DNA of 63,348 nt, the filler included, from Octopus bimaculoides (taxonomy: Eukaryota): the NCBI RefSeq assembly GCF_001194135.2. It is 6 parts of 5 records of this genome, joined end to end, with 100 filler letters (N's around TTAATTAATTAA, not from the genome) between each part and the next. Parts side by side here need not be neighbours in the genome. Positions count along the whole stretch, not along the records: positions 1 to 28,678 come from NC_068983.1; 5 more parts are not named here. One strand, written 5' to 3'. Positions 12,435 to 24,052 of this stretch are shown piece by piece. A program made the translations under genes and the position numbers. Every line of letters begins with the position of its first letter. Position 1 is the stretch's first letter. The notes under the pieces were generated by a model. The model saw only the letters and a list, made by a program, of their open reading frames with translations. It made no database searches and was not told the DNA's origin.

Positions 12435-12645
12435 CAAATAATATGTGAGTATATGCATATATACGTACATGTATGTACATACCTACATCTACATGTATAT
12501 ATAGATGCATATCTGGGTACAGGACGTCACAAAAAAACGTGGACAAAATGAAAAACAGAACATAAACAGAGCACAGAAAACAAAAAGGCCACATAGAGAA
12601 TATTTTCTTCATCAGCTGCCCCTATTCTAAACTAAGCGTTCCGCA
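12430..12645 (-). mobile_element. Interspersed repeat 'B' (probable Penelope-associated 3' fragment) between (TA)n tracts
   Basis: A near-identical reverse-complement copy lies at ~47995-48210. Both copies are bounded by TA/CA microsatellites. Confidence 0.55.
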
Positions 12646-12659
12646 TGTATATATATATA

Positions 12660-12870
12660 TATATATATAATTCAAAAGACGGAGAAAGAGGACAGGAAAA
12701 AAACAACAATGTCAGGACGTAACACATGTAAAGTATTAATAAGACGTTCAGAGAAGGAAAAGAGTAGTTGTTTTACGTTTCGTGCATAGCTCTTGTTAGG
12801 AAAAAAGGGTCATGGGAAAGTCCAAAGGAAAAGGAAGAAAGAAGAAAAAAAATCGCGAACAGTCCACTGT
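12660..12870 (-). mobile_element. Penelope-type terminal repeat fragment with a degenerate hammerhead motif (first part duplicated at 12225-12364)
   Basis: The minus strand reads AGAGCTATGCACGAAACGTAAAA followed by TGAACGTCTTATTAATAC, and ends in (TA)n. Confidence 0.55.
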
Positions 12871-12902
12871 AGCTACATTTTTGAAGTACATATAACCTTT
12901 TA

Positions 12903-13088
12903 GTCCTTTATTTGTTTCAGTCATTTGACTGTGGCCATGCTGGAGCACCGCCTTTAGTCGAACAAATCGACCCCAGGACTTATTCTTTGTAAGCTTAGTA
13001 CGTATTCTATCGGTTACTTTTACCGAACCGCTAAGTTACGGGGACGTAAACACACCAACATCAGTTGTCAAGCGATGGTGGGGGGACA

Positions 13089-13125
<37 letters not shown>
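12903..13125 (-). mobile_element. SINE A 3' half
   Basis: TTGTTTCAGTCATTTGACTGTGGCCATGCTGGAGCACCGCCTTTAGTCG... matches other copies. It runs into (CA)n and a gap. Confidence 0.85.
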
Positions 13126-13964
13126 NNNNNNNNNNNNNNNNNNNNNNNNNNNNNNNNNNNNNNNNNNNNNNNNNNNNNNNNNNNNNNNNNNNNNNNNNNN
13201 NNNNNNNNNNNNNNNNNNNNNNNNNNNNNNNNNNNNNNNNNNNNNNNNNNNNNNNNNNNNNNNNNNNNNNNNNNNNNNNNNNNNNNNNNNNNNNNNNNNN
13301 NNNNNNNNNNNNNNNNNNNNNNNNNNNNNNNNNNNNNNNNNNNNNNNNNNNNNNNNNNNNNNNNNNNNNNNNNNNNNNNNNNNNNNNNNNNNNNNNNNNN
13401 NNNNNNNNNNNNNNNNNNNNNNNNNNNNNNNNNNNNNNNNNNNNNNNNNNNNNNNNNNNNNNNNNNNNNNNNNNNNNNNNNNNNNNNNNNNNNNNNNNNN
13501 NNNNNNNNNNNNNNNNNNNNNNNNNNNNNNNNNNNNNNNNNNNNNNNNNNNNNNNNNNNNNNNNNNNNNNNNNNNNNNNNNNNNNNNNNNNNNNNNNNNN
13601 NNNNNNNNNNNNNNNNNNNNNNNNNNNNNNNNNNNNNNNNNNNNNNNNNNNNNNNNNNNNNNNNNNNNNNNNNNNNNNNNNNNNNNNNNNNNNNNNNNNN
13701 NNNNNNNNNNNNNNNNNNNNNNNNNNNNNNNNNNNNNNNNNNNNNNNNNNNNNNNNNNNNNNNNNNNNNNNNNNNNNNNNNNNNNNNNNNNNNNNNNNNN
13801 NNNNNNNNNNNNNNNNNNNNNNNNNNNNNNNNNNNNNNNNNNNNNNNNNNNNNNNNNNNNNNNNNNNNNNNNNNNNNNNNNNNNNNNNNNNNNNNNNNNN
13901 NNNNNNNNNNNNNNATAAATGGAACATAGATCGGTCGTGGTGTGAGTCTCTACATTTTTAAACA

Positions 13965-14045
<81 letters not shown>

Positions 14046-14335
14046 AGACCCCCTTCGGTCATGAGTGACCATGGGATTGCACCTAGAAAGTTACCCTCCG
14101 AGGCACAAGTGAAGGCAAGGTTGTTTGTGGAAGGCCAGCAGTCACCCATGCATACTAGTCTCCCCTCTCCACACTACTGATGTTATCCAAGGGAAAGACA
14201 AAAGCCGATACAGCTTGGCACCAATGATGTCCTAACTCATTTCTACAGTTGAGTTAACTGGAGCAACGTGAAATGAAGTGTCTTGCTCAAGAACACAACA
14301 CACAGCCCGGTCTGGGAATCGAACTCACAACCTCT
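14046..14335 (-). mobile_element. tRNA-derived SINE family D
   Basis: GACCCCCTTCGGTCATG..GGGATTGCACCTAGAAAGTTACCC..GGAGCAACGTGAAAT..GAATCGAACTC. Related copies lie at 26659-27006 and 61215-61412. Confidence 0.8.
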
Positions 14336-14805
14336 TTTACAGAGCTTACAAAAACTGAATAAATATATTGATTATTCTGTGTATGCATCCTTCATTTTCT
14401 TTGTATTGTTAAAATTTCTTTCCTATATCGAAAAGATGAAAACATCTATAACAACAACTAGAATTCCAAACTGTAAGGTACTAAAATCGAAGAACCAACG
14501 ATAAACACTAGTACATACATAAATGTAGAATTTTCAGTATCGTTAATTAATATAGAGCTAAACAGGTGTACGCTTGGANNNNNNNNNNNNNNNNNNNNNN
14601 NNNNNNNNNNNNNNNNNNNNNNNNNNNNNNNNNNNNNNNNNNNNNNNNNNNNNNNNNNNNNNNNNNNNNNNNNNNNNNNNNNNNNNNNNNNNNNNNNNNN
14701 NNNNNNNNNNNNNNNNNNNNNNNNNNNNNNNNNNNNNNNNNNNNNNNNNNNNNNNNNNNNNNNNNNNNNNNNNNNNNNTATACATATATATATATATATA
14801 TATAT

Positions 14806-14925
14806 AGCGTAGGCTCGAAACGTAAAAGACTGTTTCATTTTTCCCGAGCGTCAAACTAATACACTTGCTTGTTGTTCATGCACCTGTTTTCGTCATCTGT
14901 TTTCCTATAAATTTCAACTATATGT
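14806..14925 (+). mobile_element. 5'-truncated hammerhead-bearing Penelope-type repeat
   Basis: AGCGTAGGCTCGAAACGTAAAAG (helix II 3' part, GAAAC, GUA site), then GAGCGTCAAACTAATAC. It is homologous to 49680-49747. Confidence 0.65.
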
Positions 14926-15726
14926 GTGTGTGTGTGTGTGTGTGCGCGCGCGCGCACTTGTGTGTGTGTGTGCGCACTTGTGTGTGTGTGTGTGTATACA
15001 CGTTTATATTGTAGTGTAGTATATACCTCGGTCAGAAAAATTACCATTGATTTCACAGACAACTGTATTGCCATGTAGACATGAAACCAACGGTGACTTT
15101 CTTATCAGTTATATGCCATAATAAAGAATATACTACTCGACAATATAAAAGCATAACTACTCAAATTTTCTTTTAGAGTGTTCTTTCTTCTGGTTTATGG
15201 GCATCTGGCCGATAACTGTGTGTGGGGGGGGATGGATGGGTGAGTGTGCGTGCGTGTATGTGTGTGTGCACGCACATATCTTTGTGCACGTATTTAATTC
15301 AGTTTTTTCATCTTCTTACAACGCACCCAGGTGTTTTGGCAATTTCTTTTATTGTCAAATTCAACGATCACTCAGTCGGAATCTATAGCATCATCATCGT
15401 CGTCTTCGTCATCATCATTATCATCATCATCATCATCGTTTTTACAGTTATTTCTTTTCCGAGCTGGCATTGAATGGACGGCAACTGTTGAGGCAGTATT
15501 TAATGGTCGGATTTTCTTCCTGTTACCGATTCTTTTCTTGTTTTATTTTTTCAAGTAGGATACTTTTAATTTCACTGGCCTTTATTTTACAATAAAACTT
15601 TGAGTTCTGGAGCATATTGCTCACAAGGAATGTAAACACTGTCACCGTTTTTTACTCACACAGTGACAATGTGAAGAAACGCAGAAACACGCTCATGCGC
15701 GCAAACCGACACACTCTTTCTTGTAG

Positions 15727-15787
15727 CAAAACAACACCTTTAGCTAAAGAGAAACTTCAAAAGCAATTCAAAGAAAGGCAGGGCGAG
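15727..15787 (+). CDS. Candidate 61-nt internal exon (KTTPLAKEKLQKQFKERQGE)
   Basis: Acceptor CTTTCTTGTAG and donor GAG|GTAGGG. The phase is compatible with the 10152-10315 candidate. No homology was recognised. Confidence 0.2.
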
Positions 15788-16004
15788 GTAGGGAAGCTTT
15801 GCTTTGACTTGATAGCTTTCTTTCTTCATGTAGCTCTTTGCTAGTTTATCTCCATATCACTGTCATACCCTCTCTCTTGCATGTTTACTCAGCCTCCCAC
15901 TTCTTAGAATCCTCTGTTTGTCTGTCTCTCTGTATCTCTTTGTATCTCTCTTTTCTTTCTCTCTAGTTCTCTCGTGTTTTTTCTCTATCTATCGGTCATT
16001 TCTA

Positions 16005-16039
<35 letters not shown>

Positions 16040-16187
16040 TTTTCTATTTCTGTAACTTTCTCCATTCATCATTATGAACACCTACGTCACTGTTGGTACC
16101 CACTACTATAAAAACAAGCTGTTTATTTCTTACTTAGTTTAGGTTACTTGTTTTATCTCTTAGCAAAATGTAGATGTTGGAACTTTT

Positions 16188-16226
<39 letters not shown>

Positions 16227-16418
16227 TACACATTCACACACGCACTTACATGTACACACAGTACATACGCATATACACATTCACACACGCACTCACATGC
16301 ACACACATATATACATATATTCACATACACACACGTGTGTGTGCATGAGTTGTTTAACTTTGTGTGTATGCATTATATGCATAGTTATATGAATGTACGG
16401 ACTCTTTTTCTCTTTCCT

Positions 16419-16560
16419 CTTTCTGACGAAGAACCATGCTCGGAACGTCACAACTAATCCTTTTTCCTTCTTAAACTTTCTCTCAGCGTCAATCTAATAC
16501 ATTCACCGCGTACAACCTTTTAACTTTTGTCGTTTTTCTTGTTTTTGTTTTTATTTTTGA
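16419..16560 (+). mobile_element. Degenerate hammerhead-bearing repeat
   Basis: CTTTCTGACGAAGAACCATGCTCGGAACGTC followed by CAGCGTCAATCTAATAC. It ends at a TA/TG microsatellite. Confidence 0.55.
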
Positions 16561-16763
16561 TTTATATGTATATATATATATATGTGTGTGTGTGCGTGCG
16601 TGCGTGCGTGCGTGCGTGTGTGTGTGTGTGTGTGTGTGTGTCCAGAAGTCCAGATGTAGTCTAAAACTGCTGTTGAATTCACTGGCCCAACTAAGAATCC
16701 AGTGGCCCTTTCCTTAAAGTTATGTTTGTGTTAATAGTTAGACGTGGATATGACTGAATATTG

Positions 16764-17019
16764 TGGAGGCAGGTGGCTTAGTGGTTAGGGTGTCAGCATC
16801 ATGATCGTAAGATTGTGGTTTCGATTCCTGGACAGGGCGACGCGTTGTGTTTTTGAGCAAAACACTTCATTTCACGTTGCTCCAGTCCACTCAGCTGGCA
16901 AAAATGAGTAACGCTGCGATGGACCGGCGTCCCGTCCAGCTGGAGAACACATACGCCATTGAAACCGGGAAACCGGGCCCATGAGCCTGGCTAGGCTTTA
17001 AAAGGGCGCATTTATTATT
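16764..17019 (+). mobile_element. Full-length tRNA-derived SINE family C with a 15-bp TSD
   Basis: A box TGGCTTAGTGG and B-like GTTTCGATTCC. The central GCGATGGACCGGCGTCCCGTCCAG resembles the V-SINE domain. The TSD TATGACTGAATATTG lies at 16749-16763 and 17020-17034. Confidence 0.9.
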
Positions 17020-17050
17020 TATGACTGAATATTGGACTGCCTGGGCAAAT

Positions 17051-17275
17051 CATGATCATGATGGTCATCATTTAACACCTATTTTCTTAGCTGGCTTGGG
17101 TTGGATAGTTTAAGAGGAATCAGCAATGTACAAAGCCATGTTGAGCCCTAATGTCAGCTTTGGCATGGTTTCTGTGGCTGGATGCCCTTCCTAACACCAA
17201 CCACTTAACAAAATATACTGCGTTCTTTGTTTTTGTGCCACCAGCATTAGTGAGGTTACCAAGTACTTGCAAGAC
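17051..17275 (-). mobile_element. RTE-type LINE 3' UTR fragment
   Basis: GGCTGGATGCCCTTCCTAAC.CCAACC motif and a degenerate (GAT)n tail. It is homologous to 18268-18785. Confidence 0.65.
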
Positions 17276-17639
17276 AAGAAAAGAACAGGAAGGAGAACAA
17301 AAGGAAAAATAAACCTTTAACTAAATGGAAAATTTTTGAGAGGTGGAGAAGGGGTGATAATTCAAGCCCAGGTATCTTGTTAAAGATGAGATACAAGCCT
17401 ACTCCACATTACATAAGGGTGAGTGTAGCTGGGAAGAAGACAGAGATAGAGGAGGGTGATAGGATGCCAGAGCATCTCAAGATGTAAAGAGGTGAGTGTA
17501 AGAGAGCGAACAGATATTGGAATGGAGTTGGGGGAGGGATAGTTTCATAAGAGTGTGACATAATTAAAGCAGCTGAGTAGTACCATAGACAGAGTAGTGG
17601 AGGGTGTTAGGGAATGAGATGTGGGGAATGCTTAATGGA

Positions 17640-17681
<42 letters not shown>

Positions 17682-17699
17682 GAGCAGAGATCCACTTTT

Positions 17700-18120
17700 A
17701 CAAGCATAACCAATGTCATTTTAAGATATCATTTGCTGTGATAGACTGATCTTCTCGAGTATGGTGAATTGTCATCTCCTTTGTTATCTCTTTCACAAGG
17801 CTCTCAGCATCTTGAGATCAGCTTTCACTACTTTCTCCTATGTCTTCCTAGGTCTCTCTCTTCCACAAGTTCCATCCACTTTAAGTGAACAGCATTTCTT
17901 TATGCAGCTATCCTCATCCATGCATTACATGACCAAATGAGAGCAGTCTTCTCTCTTGCACACCTGAATTGTTTTTTCTAATTTTTCTCTCAATTCATTA
18001 GCACTTTGTCCCACATGCACACTGGCACTGTACATCCGATGAAGCATGCTAGCTTCGTTCACCTCTACACTTGGTATCTCCTCTGCACTGAGTGCCTATG
18101 TCTACTACCATGTAGCATTG
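17700..18120 (-). pseudogene. RTE-type LINE RT C-terminal remnant
   Basis: The minus strand reads MLHGS..EVNEASMLHRM..CMDEDSCIKKCCSLKVDGTCGRERPRKT.EKVVKADLK. Confidence 0.75.
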
Positions 18121-18123
18121 TGC

Positions 18124-18172
<49 letters not shown>

Positions 18173-18267
18173 TGCGTGCGTGCGCGCACACACACACACA
18201 CACACAGAGGCACACACATGCAATATACATATTTATACATACATATACTGATGCATGATTGTATATA

Positions 18268-18785
18268 TCATCATCATCATCATCATCCTTTAACGTCCAT
18301 TTTCCATGCTGGCATGGGTTTAACCGTTTGACCAGAGCTGGCAAGCAGGAGAGCTGCACCAGGTTCCAGTCTGATTTCATTTGGTTTCTATGGCTGGATG
18401 CCCTTCTAATGCCAACCACTTTACAGTGTGTACTGAGAGCTTTTAACATGGTACCACATGGGTGCTTACATGTGGCACCGGCATGAGTGCTTTTTACATG
18501 GCGCCAGCACAGGACCCTTGCAGGCCAATCCTCCTCACCAGGGGAAGCAGCCTTAACACTTCTGCTGTGTAGGACAGGTCTTCCTAAGAACAGCAAGGCA
18601 CCAGATATACTTCAGTCCTTTGTCATCTTGTCTGAAAGGTTCAGTGGCCTGAGGTCATCCTTCATTATTTCGTCCCATGTCATCCTGGATCTCCATCTTC
18701 CACATGTTCCAATTACTTTGAGAGAATGGTACTTCTTTATGGAGGCGTTGGCACCCATCCACATTCCATGATAAAACCAGCATAG
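18268..18785 (-). mobile_element. RTE-type LINE 3' end
   Basis: KKYHSLKVIGTCGRWRSRMTWDEIMKDDLRPLNL, then a 3' UTR ending GGACGTTAAAGGATGATGATG. Confidence 0.8.
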
Positions 18786-18791
18786 TTTTCT

Positions 18792-18888
<97 letters not shown>

Positions 18889-18889
18889 T

Positions 18890-19110
18890 TGTGTGTCTGT
18901 GTTTGTCCTCCTAGCATTGCTTGACAACCGATGCTGGTGTGTTTATGTCCCCGTCACTTAGCGGTTCAGCAAAAAGAGACCGATAGAATAAGTATTAGGC
19001 TTACAAAGAATAAGTCCCGGGGTCGATTTACTCGACTAAAGGCGGTGCTCCAGCATGGCCGCAGTCAAATGACTGAAACAAGTAAAAGAGTAAAAGAGTA
19101 AAGAGTATAT
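18890..19110 (+). mobile_element. SINE A 3' half
   Basis: GCTTGACAACCGATGCTGGTGTGTTT..GGCGGTGCTCCAGCATGGCCGCAGTCAAATGACTGAAACAAG with a (TAAAAGAG)n tail. Confidence 0.9.
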
Positions 19111-19947
19111 GAATGTCTTCATTGTTGAATGCTTTGTTGAATAATTCTGCTGTATTATCTCATGCCTAAATATAACATTTTAAGTAAGAGAAGCTGAACA
19201 AGGTCATGTTTAAGATATTAACATTATATGATCAACATATCTTTATTATCAAAGAATAATTTTAGAAAATTGCTGTCACAGCTCATTATAGCTATAGAAT
19301 TCCAGAGGGGGAATAAAATTTTAAGACATAATTAGTATGAACATGATTTTCTAATGGTTTCTTTCTCTCTTTTTGTTTTGTTTTGGTTTGGTTTGCTTTA
19401 TGTTATAAAACACAATCATTTAGAGTTTTCAGATATAATTCCCTCTAGAATATTTTGGTAATATTTTAAATGTCAATAATGTATAAAAGTAATTATATAA
19501 ATGTAAGGAATAATTGATATCTTTATCGCCCATAGCTCCTACATAATTTCCAGAACTGATTAACTCCTGTCCTTTTGAAAGAGGAAATTTGTGAAATACC
19601 ATTTTTGATAAGATGCAAAACCTCTACACCGGATGTATAACACAAAATCCTTCTTTTTTTTTTTTCCTAGATCTTTGACCAAAATCAATCTGTTTTTGAT
19701 TGCATAACTCTGATGGATGACATACAACTGTTGATATTTGAATGACAAAATGACATAAAAAATAAAACAATCCACTGACTTGTATGGGATAAAAAAATAT
19801 ATGTTGTTACATGAAATAAGGTGATCTTTGTTACTGTTTAGCCTCCAGGTCAGCTCCCTTTAAGCAAGCCTATAACCCTTTAGCATTCACATCATTCTAT
19901 CAAAAGTAAGGCTTATACATTCATACTGTTTTGAATTAATCATTCAT

Positions 19948-20361
19948 TAGGCATAGGAATGGCTGTGTGGTAAGTAGCTTGCTTACCAACCACATGGTTC
20001 TGGGTTCAGTCCCACTGCATGGCACCTTGGGCAAGTGTTTTCTACTATAGCCTCGGGCCGACCAGAGCCTTGTGAATGGATTTGGTAGACGGAAACTGAA
20101 AGAAGCCTGTCATATATATGTATATATATATAGACATGTATGTGTGTATGTATGTTTGTGTGTGTGTCTGTGTTTGTTCCCTCAACATTGCTTGACAACC
20201 GATGCTGGTGTGTTTACGTCTCCGTAATTTAGCGGTTCGGCAAAAGAGACTGATAGAATAAGTACTAGGCTTACAAAGAATAAGTCCTGGGGTTGATTTG
20301 CTCGACTAAAGGCGGTGCTCTAGCATGGCCATAGTCAAATGACTGAAACAAATAAAAGAGT
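19948..20361 (+). mobile_element. Full-length SINE A
   Basis: tRNA-like head (TGGCTGTGTGGTAAG; GGGTTCAGTCC), CORE-like CACCTTGGGCAAGTG, central microsatellite and TAAAAGAG tail. Confidence 0.92.
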
Positions 20362-20393
20362 ATCTTGTAGCTTTAAGATTTTAATGAAGTAAC

Positions 20394-20975
20394 TTTTTAC
20401 TCTTTTACNNNNNNNNNNNNNNNNNNNNNNNNNNNNNNNNNNNNNNNNNNNNNNNNNNNNNNNNNNNNNNNNNNNNNNNNNNNNNNNNNNNNNNNNNNNN
20501 NNNNNNNNNNNNNNNNNNNNNNNNNNNNNNNNNNNNNNNNNNNNNNNNNNNNNNNNNNNNNNNNNNNNNNNNNNNNNNNNNNNNNNNNNNNNNNNNNNNN
20601 NNNNNNNNNNNNNNNNNNNNNNNNNNNNNNNNNNNNNNNNNNNNNNNNNNNNNNNNNNNNNNNNNNNNNNNNNNNNNNNNNNNNNNNNNNNNNNNNNNNN
20701 NNNNNNNNNNNNNNNNNNNNNNNNNNNNNNNNNNNNNNNNNNNNNNNNNNNNNNNNNNNNCACACACACACACACACACACATATGTATATATATATATA
20801 TACATATATATGACGGGCTTCTTTCAGTTTCCGTCTATCAAATCTACTCATAAGGCTTTGGTTGGCCCGAGGCTATAGTAGGAGACACTTGCCCAAGGTG
20901 CCATGCAGTGGGAATGAACCCGGAACCATGTGGTTGGTAAGCATGCTACTTACCACACAGCCACTCCTGCGCCTA
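20394..20975 (-). mobile_element. SINE A spanning a gap, TSD TAACT
   Basis: Tail TTTTACTCTTTTAC before the gap and 5' half after it. TAACT lies at 20390-20394 and 20974-20978. Confidence 0.85.
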
Positions 20976-21689
20976 ACTGTTAATTTTTAGAATAATATTG
21001 TAGGATTAGGGTGAGGGACCACATATGGCCAGTTTGAACATAAAACAGGTAGAATATTTTGGCTGGATATGGTCAGTTTAAATCATTGCAGTCATGATCA
21101 CATTGCAGAATATAGCGTGCCTTTTCTTTAAAGATAATAACATATGGTTTCAATGTAACTTGGTTGTTATTTCTTGCAAGTCAAATAACCATGTGGAGGC
21201 TCCATCATTGGCTCATTTACAAGCTTCCTTGTTAGCTCATAAGTTAATTCCTTTCAGAACTTGATCAATGTTGCATAAAAATGTGTATGAGGAAACTTGG
21301 TTGAAAATTATAGGTGGAATAGTATTGTTTATAATTCACTTGATTGATTTGAAAATATCTTATTGATTTTTAAGCGATTGCTTTTAGATCACAAGGTTAG
21401 CTTTAGCAGCTGAACGTCTTGGATTGCTTGATTACAGTAGAAACAATAGAAAATTGTATTTGATGGTATTAGACTTGAATTTCTTGACTGTTTAATAAAA
21501 AAAAAAAGAAATGTTAAAATAAACTAATGTAACATGTGGTGCAAATAGATGAAACATGCTGAGTAAAGAAAAAAAAAAAAAATTGATGTGTGTGCTGTTG
21601 GTGCAGGATGCTACATGTACGGAAGATGAATGAGAATGAGATGTGAGCAGAAGTGGTTGTTGCACCACATGCACAGAGAAAATGGACAT

Positions 21690-22010
21690 TAGAATTATGA
21701 TAATAATCATAACCATGATGAAGACGATGATGACAGTGACAATGATGACAGTGGTACTGCTGCTACTGTTGATGCTACTACTGTGGCTACTGCTGCTGCT
21801 GCTGCTGCTGTTGGTTAGGATAGTGATGATGATGGCAACAACGATGAAGATTATGCTGCTACAGCCAATGATGGCAATGGTGCTGCTGCTGCTGTTGATG
21901 ATGACAATAATGATGATAATGACAATGGTGTAGATGATGATGATGATAACGATGATGATAAAGAGGAGTAGGAGGAGCAGTAGGAGGAGGAGGATATTGG
22001 TAGTGATGTA
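21690..22010. repeat. Compound trinucleotide low-complexity tract (GAT/GCT/GGA)
   Basis: Visible degenerate triplet repeats. Confidence 0.9.
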
Positions 22011-22424
22011 TCAGAAATGACATAACATTAGATTAAATGTGTTATGGTTTTTGGTTTCATTGTTGTTGTTGTTGCTGTTATTTAGCCCTAGGTCAGTACT
22101 GTTCTTATGATCAAAAGTATAAGTATTCTAGCTCTGATCCTCCAGTCCATTTTCTTTTTCATCAGACATAATGTATCTAAGACTACATTTTCAATGAATA
22201 AAAAAGGCATTGGGGTGGGGGTGGGGAGGGGCGATACATAACCTGCATGCAGATAAATTTTTTCACAAGTTATAGTGTGGCTTACGATGTGTTGCTTACC
22301 CACGCTTTTTAATTGAACTGAATTAATTTTGTTTTTAAGTATCACCATTACAGGTGCTTATACTCAGGTGAAATTAAGAAACCAACTCATAAATAAATGA
22401 ACCCCTCTAATCCATCACTGTATA

Positions 22425-22459
<35 letters not shown>

Positions 22460-22536
22460 CTATGTATGTATTTATGTATGTTTGAAGATAAGCCAAATCA
22501 ACTTGTAAATGAATGAAACCCTCTAATCCATCACTG

Positions 22537-22587
<51 letters not shown>

Positions 22588-22974
22588 CTATGTATGTACC
22601 AACATGTGTCTATGTGCATAGGTACACATGCAGATGAGGGTCAATTCATATGAAAAAGAAAGTGAACAAGATGAAATACTTAGAGAAAATATTGCATAGA
22701 ATTTAAGTGTTTTCACCGTCTTTCAATGATGGCAAGTGAATCAAATGTACTGTAGTTTGTTGTAGGATGTAAATAATATGACCACTTGCTTATCAGGAAA
22801 TTTGTAAGATTGATTTAAAAAAAAACAAATTTTTAAAGTATTACCATTACAGGTACTTATATTCTGGTGAAATTAAGAAATCAACTTGTAAATAAATGAA
22901 ACCTTCTAATCCATCACTGTACACACACACATTTATGTATGTATTCATATATGTTTGAAGTTAATCAAACCAAA

Positions 22975-23131
22975 TTTTCATAATTTTGAGTCACTCACCC
23001 AATGAGTATTTCTGTGAAATTTGATGAAAATCTGTTCAGCTGTTTTCCAGTAATTTTGCAAACACACAGACAAACAGACAGAAATGAGTGATTACAATAC
23101 CCTGCTTTTGCTTACGTGTGCAGGGTAACAA
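22975..23131 (+). mobile_element. Helentron/DINE-like non-autonomous element 3' end
   Basis: CAGA-type repeats followed by a hairpin CCCTGC..GCAGGG (23100-23125) and TAACAA. Confidence 0.45.
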
Positions 23132-23353
23132 GTTTGTATATATTTTTAAAGAGAGTAGACTTCATGGAATTTAAGATAAATTTAGTTGCTATTTTTAGCA
23201 TGTTGAGTGTCAACATGGAGACTCTCTTATTGGTGCCTATCCATGAAAATCCCATTTTGAAGTGTTAGTCATATCCGATTACTTATTTTTTAGTAGTAAG
23301 GTCAATTTATTTATTATGACCCCTACCTGCCCAAATTAATTAACCTAATATTA

Positions 23354-23548
23354 GTTTCAAAGTTTGGCATAAGGCCAGAAATTTCAGGGGAAGGGGCAGG
23401 TCGATTACATCGACCCCCACTGCTCTACTGGTTCTTGTTCTAAGGCAAAGTCAATGTCAGTGGGGTTTGAACTCAGAATGTGAGGACGGACAAAATACCA
23501 CTAAGTAATTTACCAGGCACGCTAACAATTCTGCTAGCTTGCCATCTT
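23354..23548 (-). mobile_element. tRNA-derived SINE family B
   Basis: GTCGATTACATCGACCCC..AAGGCAAAGTC..TTTGAACTCAGAA..GCTAACAATTCTGC. There are many related copies (24966, 26320, 26500, 29880, 39470, 41395, 54251). Confidence 0.8.
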
Positions 23549-23841
23549 GCAAAGAACTAATGTTATTTACAAGCCGACATGTAATCTTCCTTGTTTCTCT
23601 ATCTGCCAAAAATAGCAGCCAAAGTTCCCTCAAATCTTAGAAATTCCCTCACCCTCTTAGAAATAGATGGATCTGATAATCTGGTCCTGGGTTTCCTGCA
23701 CATATATTGAAGACTGGAATGACCACCAGCTGGTATGCCTTTGATGATGGGTCTACATACCCAGGGTGGCCTGCAGTTAAACAATAACAACAACAGTAAT
23801 ACTATTAGCTAATTACATATTTATTTTCTTCACTACATTAA

Positions 23842-24052
23842 CGCTTTAACATTCAGATTATTCTGTCAAATGAAATGCATATTTATTCACATTTCTTTGT
23901 ATTAATCATGTATTGTAGCTCAGAGATTTCAATGATGTGATTGTTTTGAGAATGACATTGTAGGGTAGGTGTAAGAGGCTAGATCTAGCCAGTTTAAACA
24001 TAAAACAGGTAGAATATTTGGGCCTGATACGGCCAGTTTGAATGCTGAAAGG
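23842..24052. mobile_element. piggyBac-like MITE with TTAA TSD
   Basis: TTAA at 23838-23841 and 24053-24056. The imperfect TIRs are CGCTTTAACATT and AATGCTGAAAGG. Confidence 0.75.

Larger units (their letters stand above)
19876..21083. mobile_element. piggyBac-like MITE split by two SINE A insertions
   Basis: Segments 19876-19947, 20362-20393 and 20976-21083 align in order to the intact copy at 23842-24052. Confidence 0.75.

Noticed and set aside
13036-13965. Long ORFs in the track containing X runs (also 37737, 44510, 48608, 50745, 51791, 56050)
   Set aside because: They are open only because N gaps contain no stop codons.
15372-15470. Minus-strand mini-ORF MPARKRNNCKNDDDD..AIDSD*
   Set aside because: It is only 32 codons, mostly a (GAT)n tract, with no splice donor to extend it.
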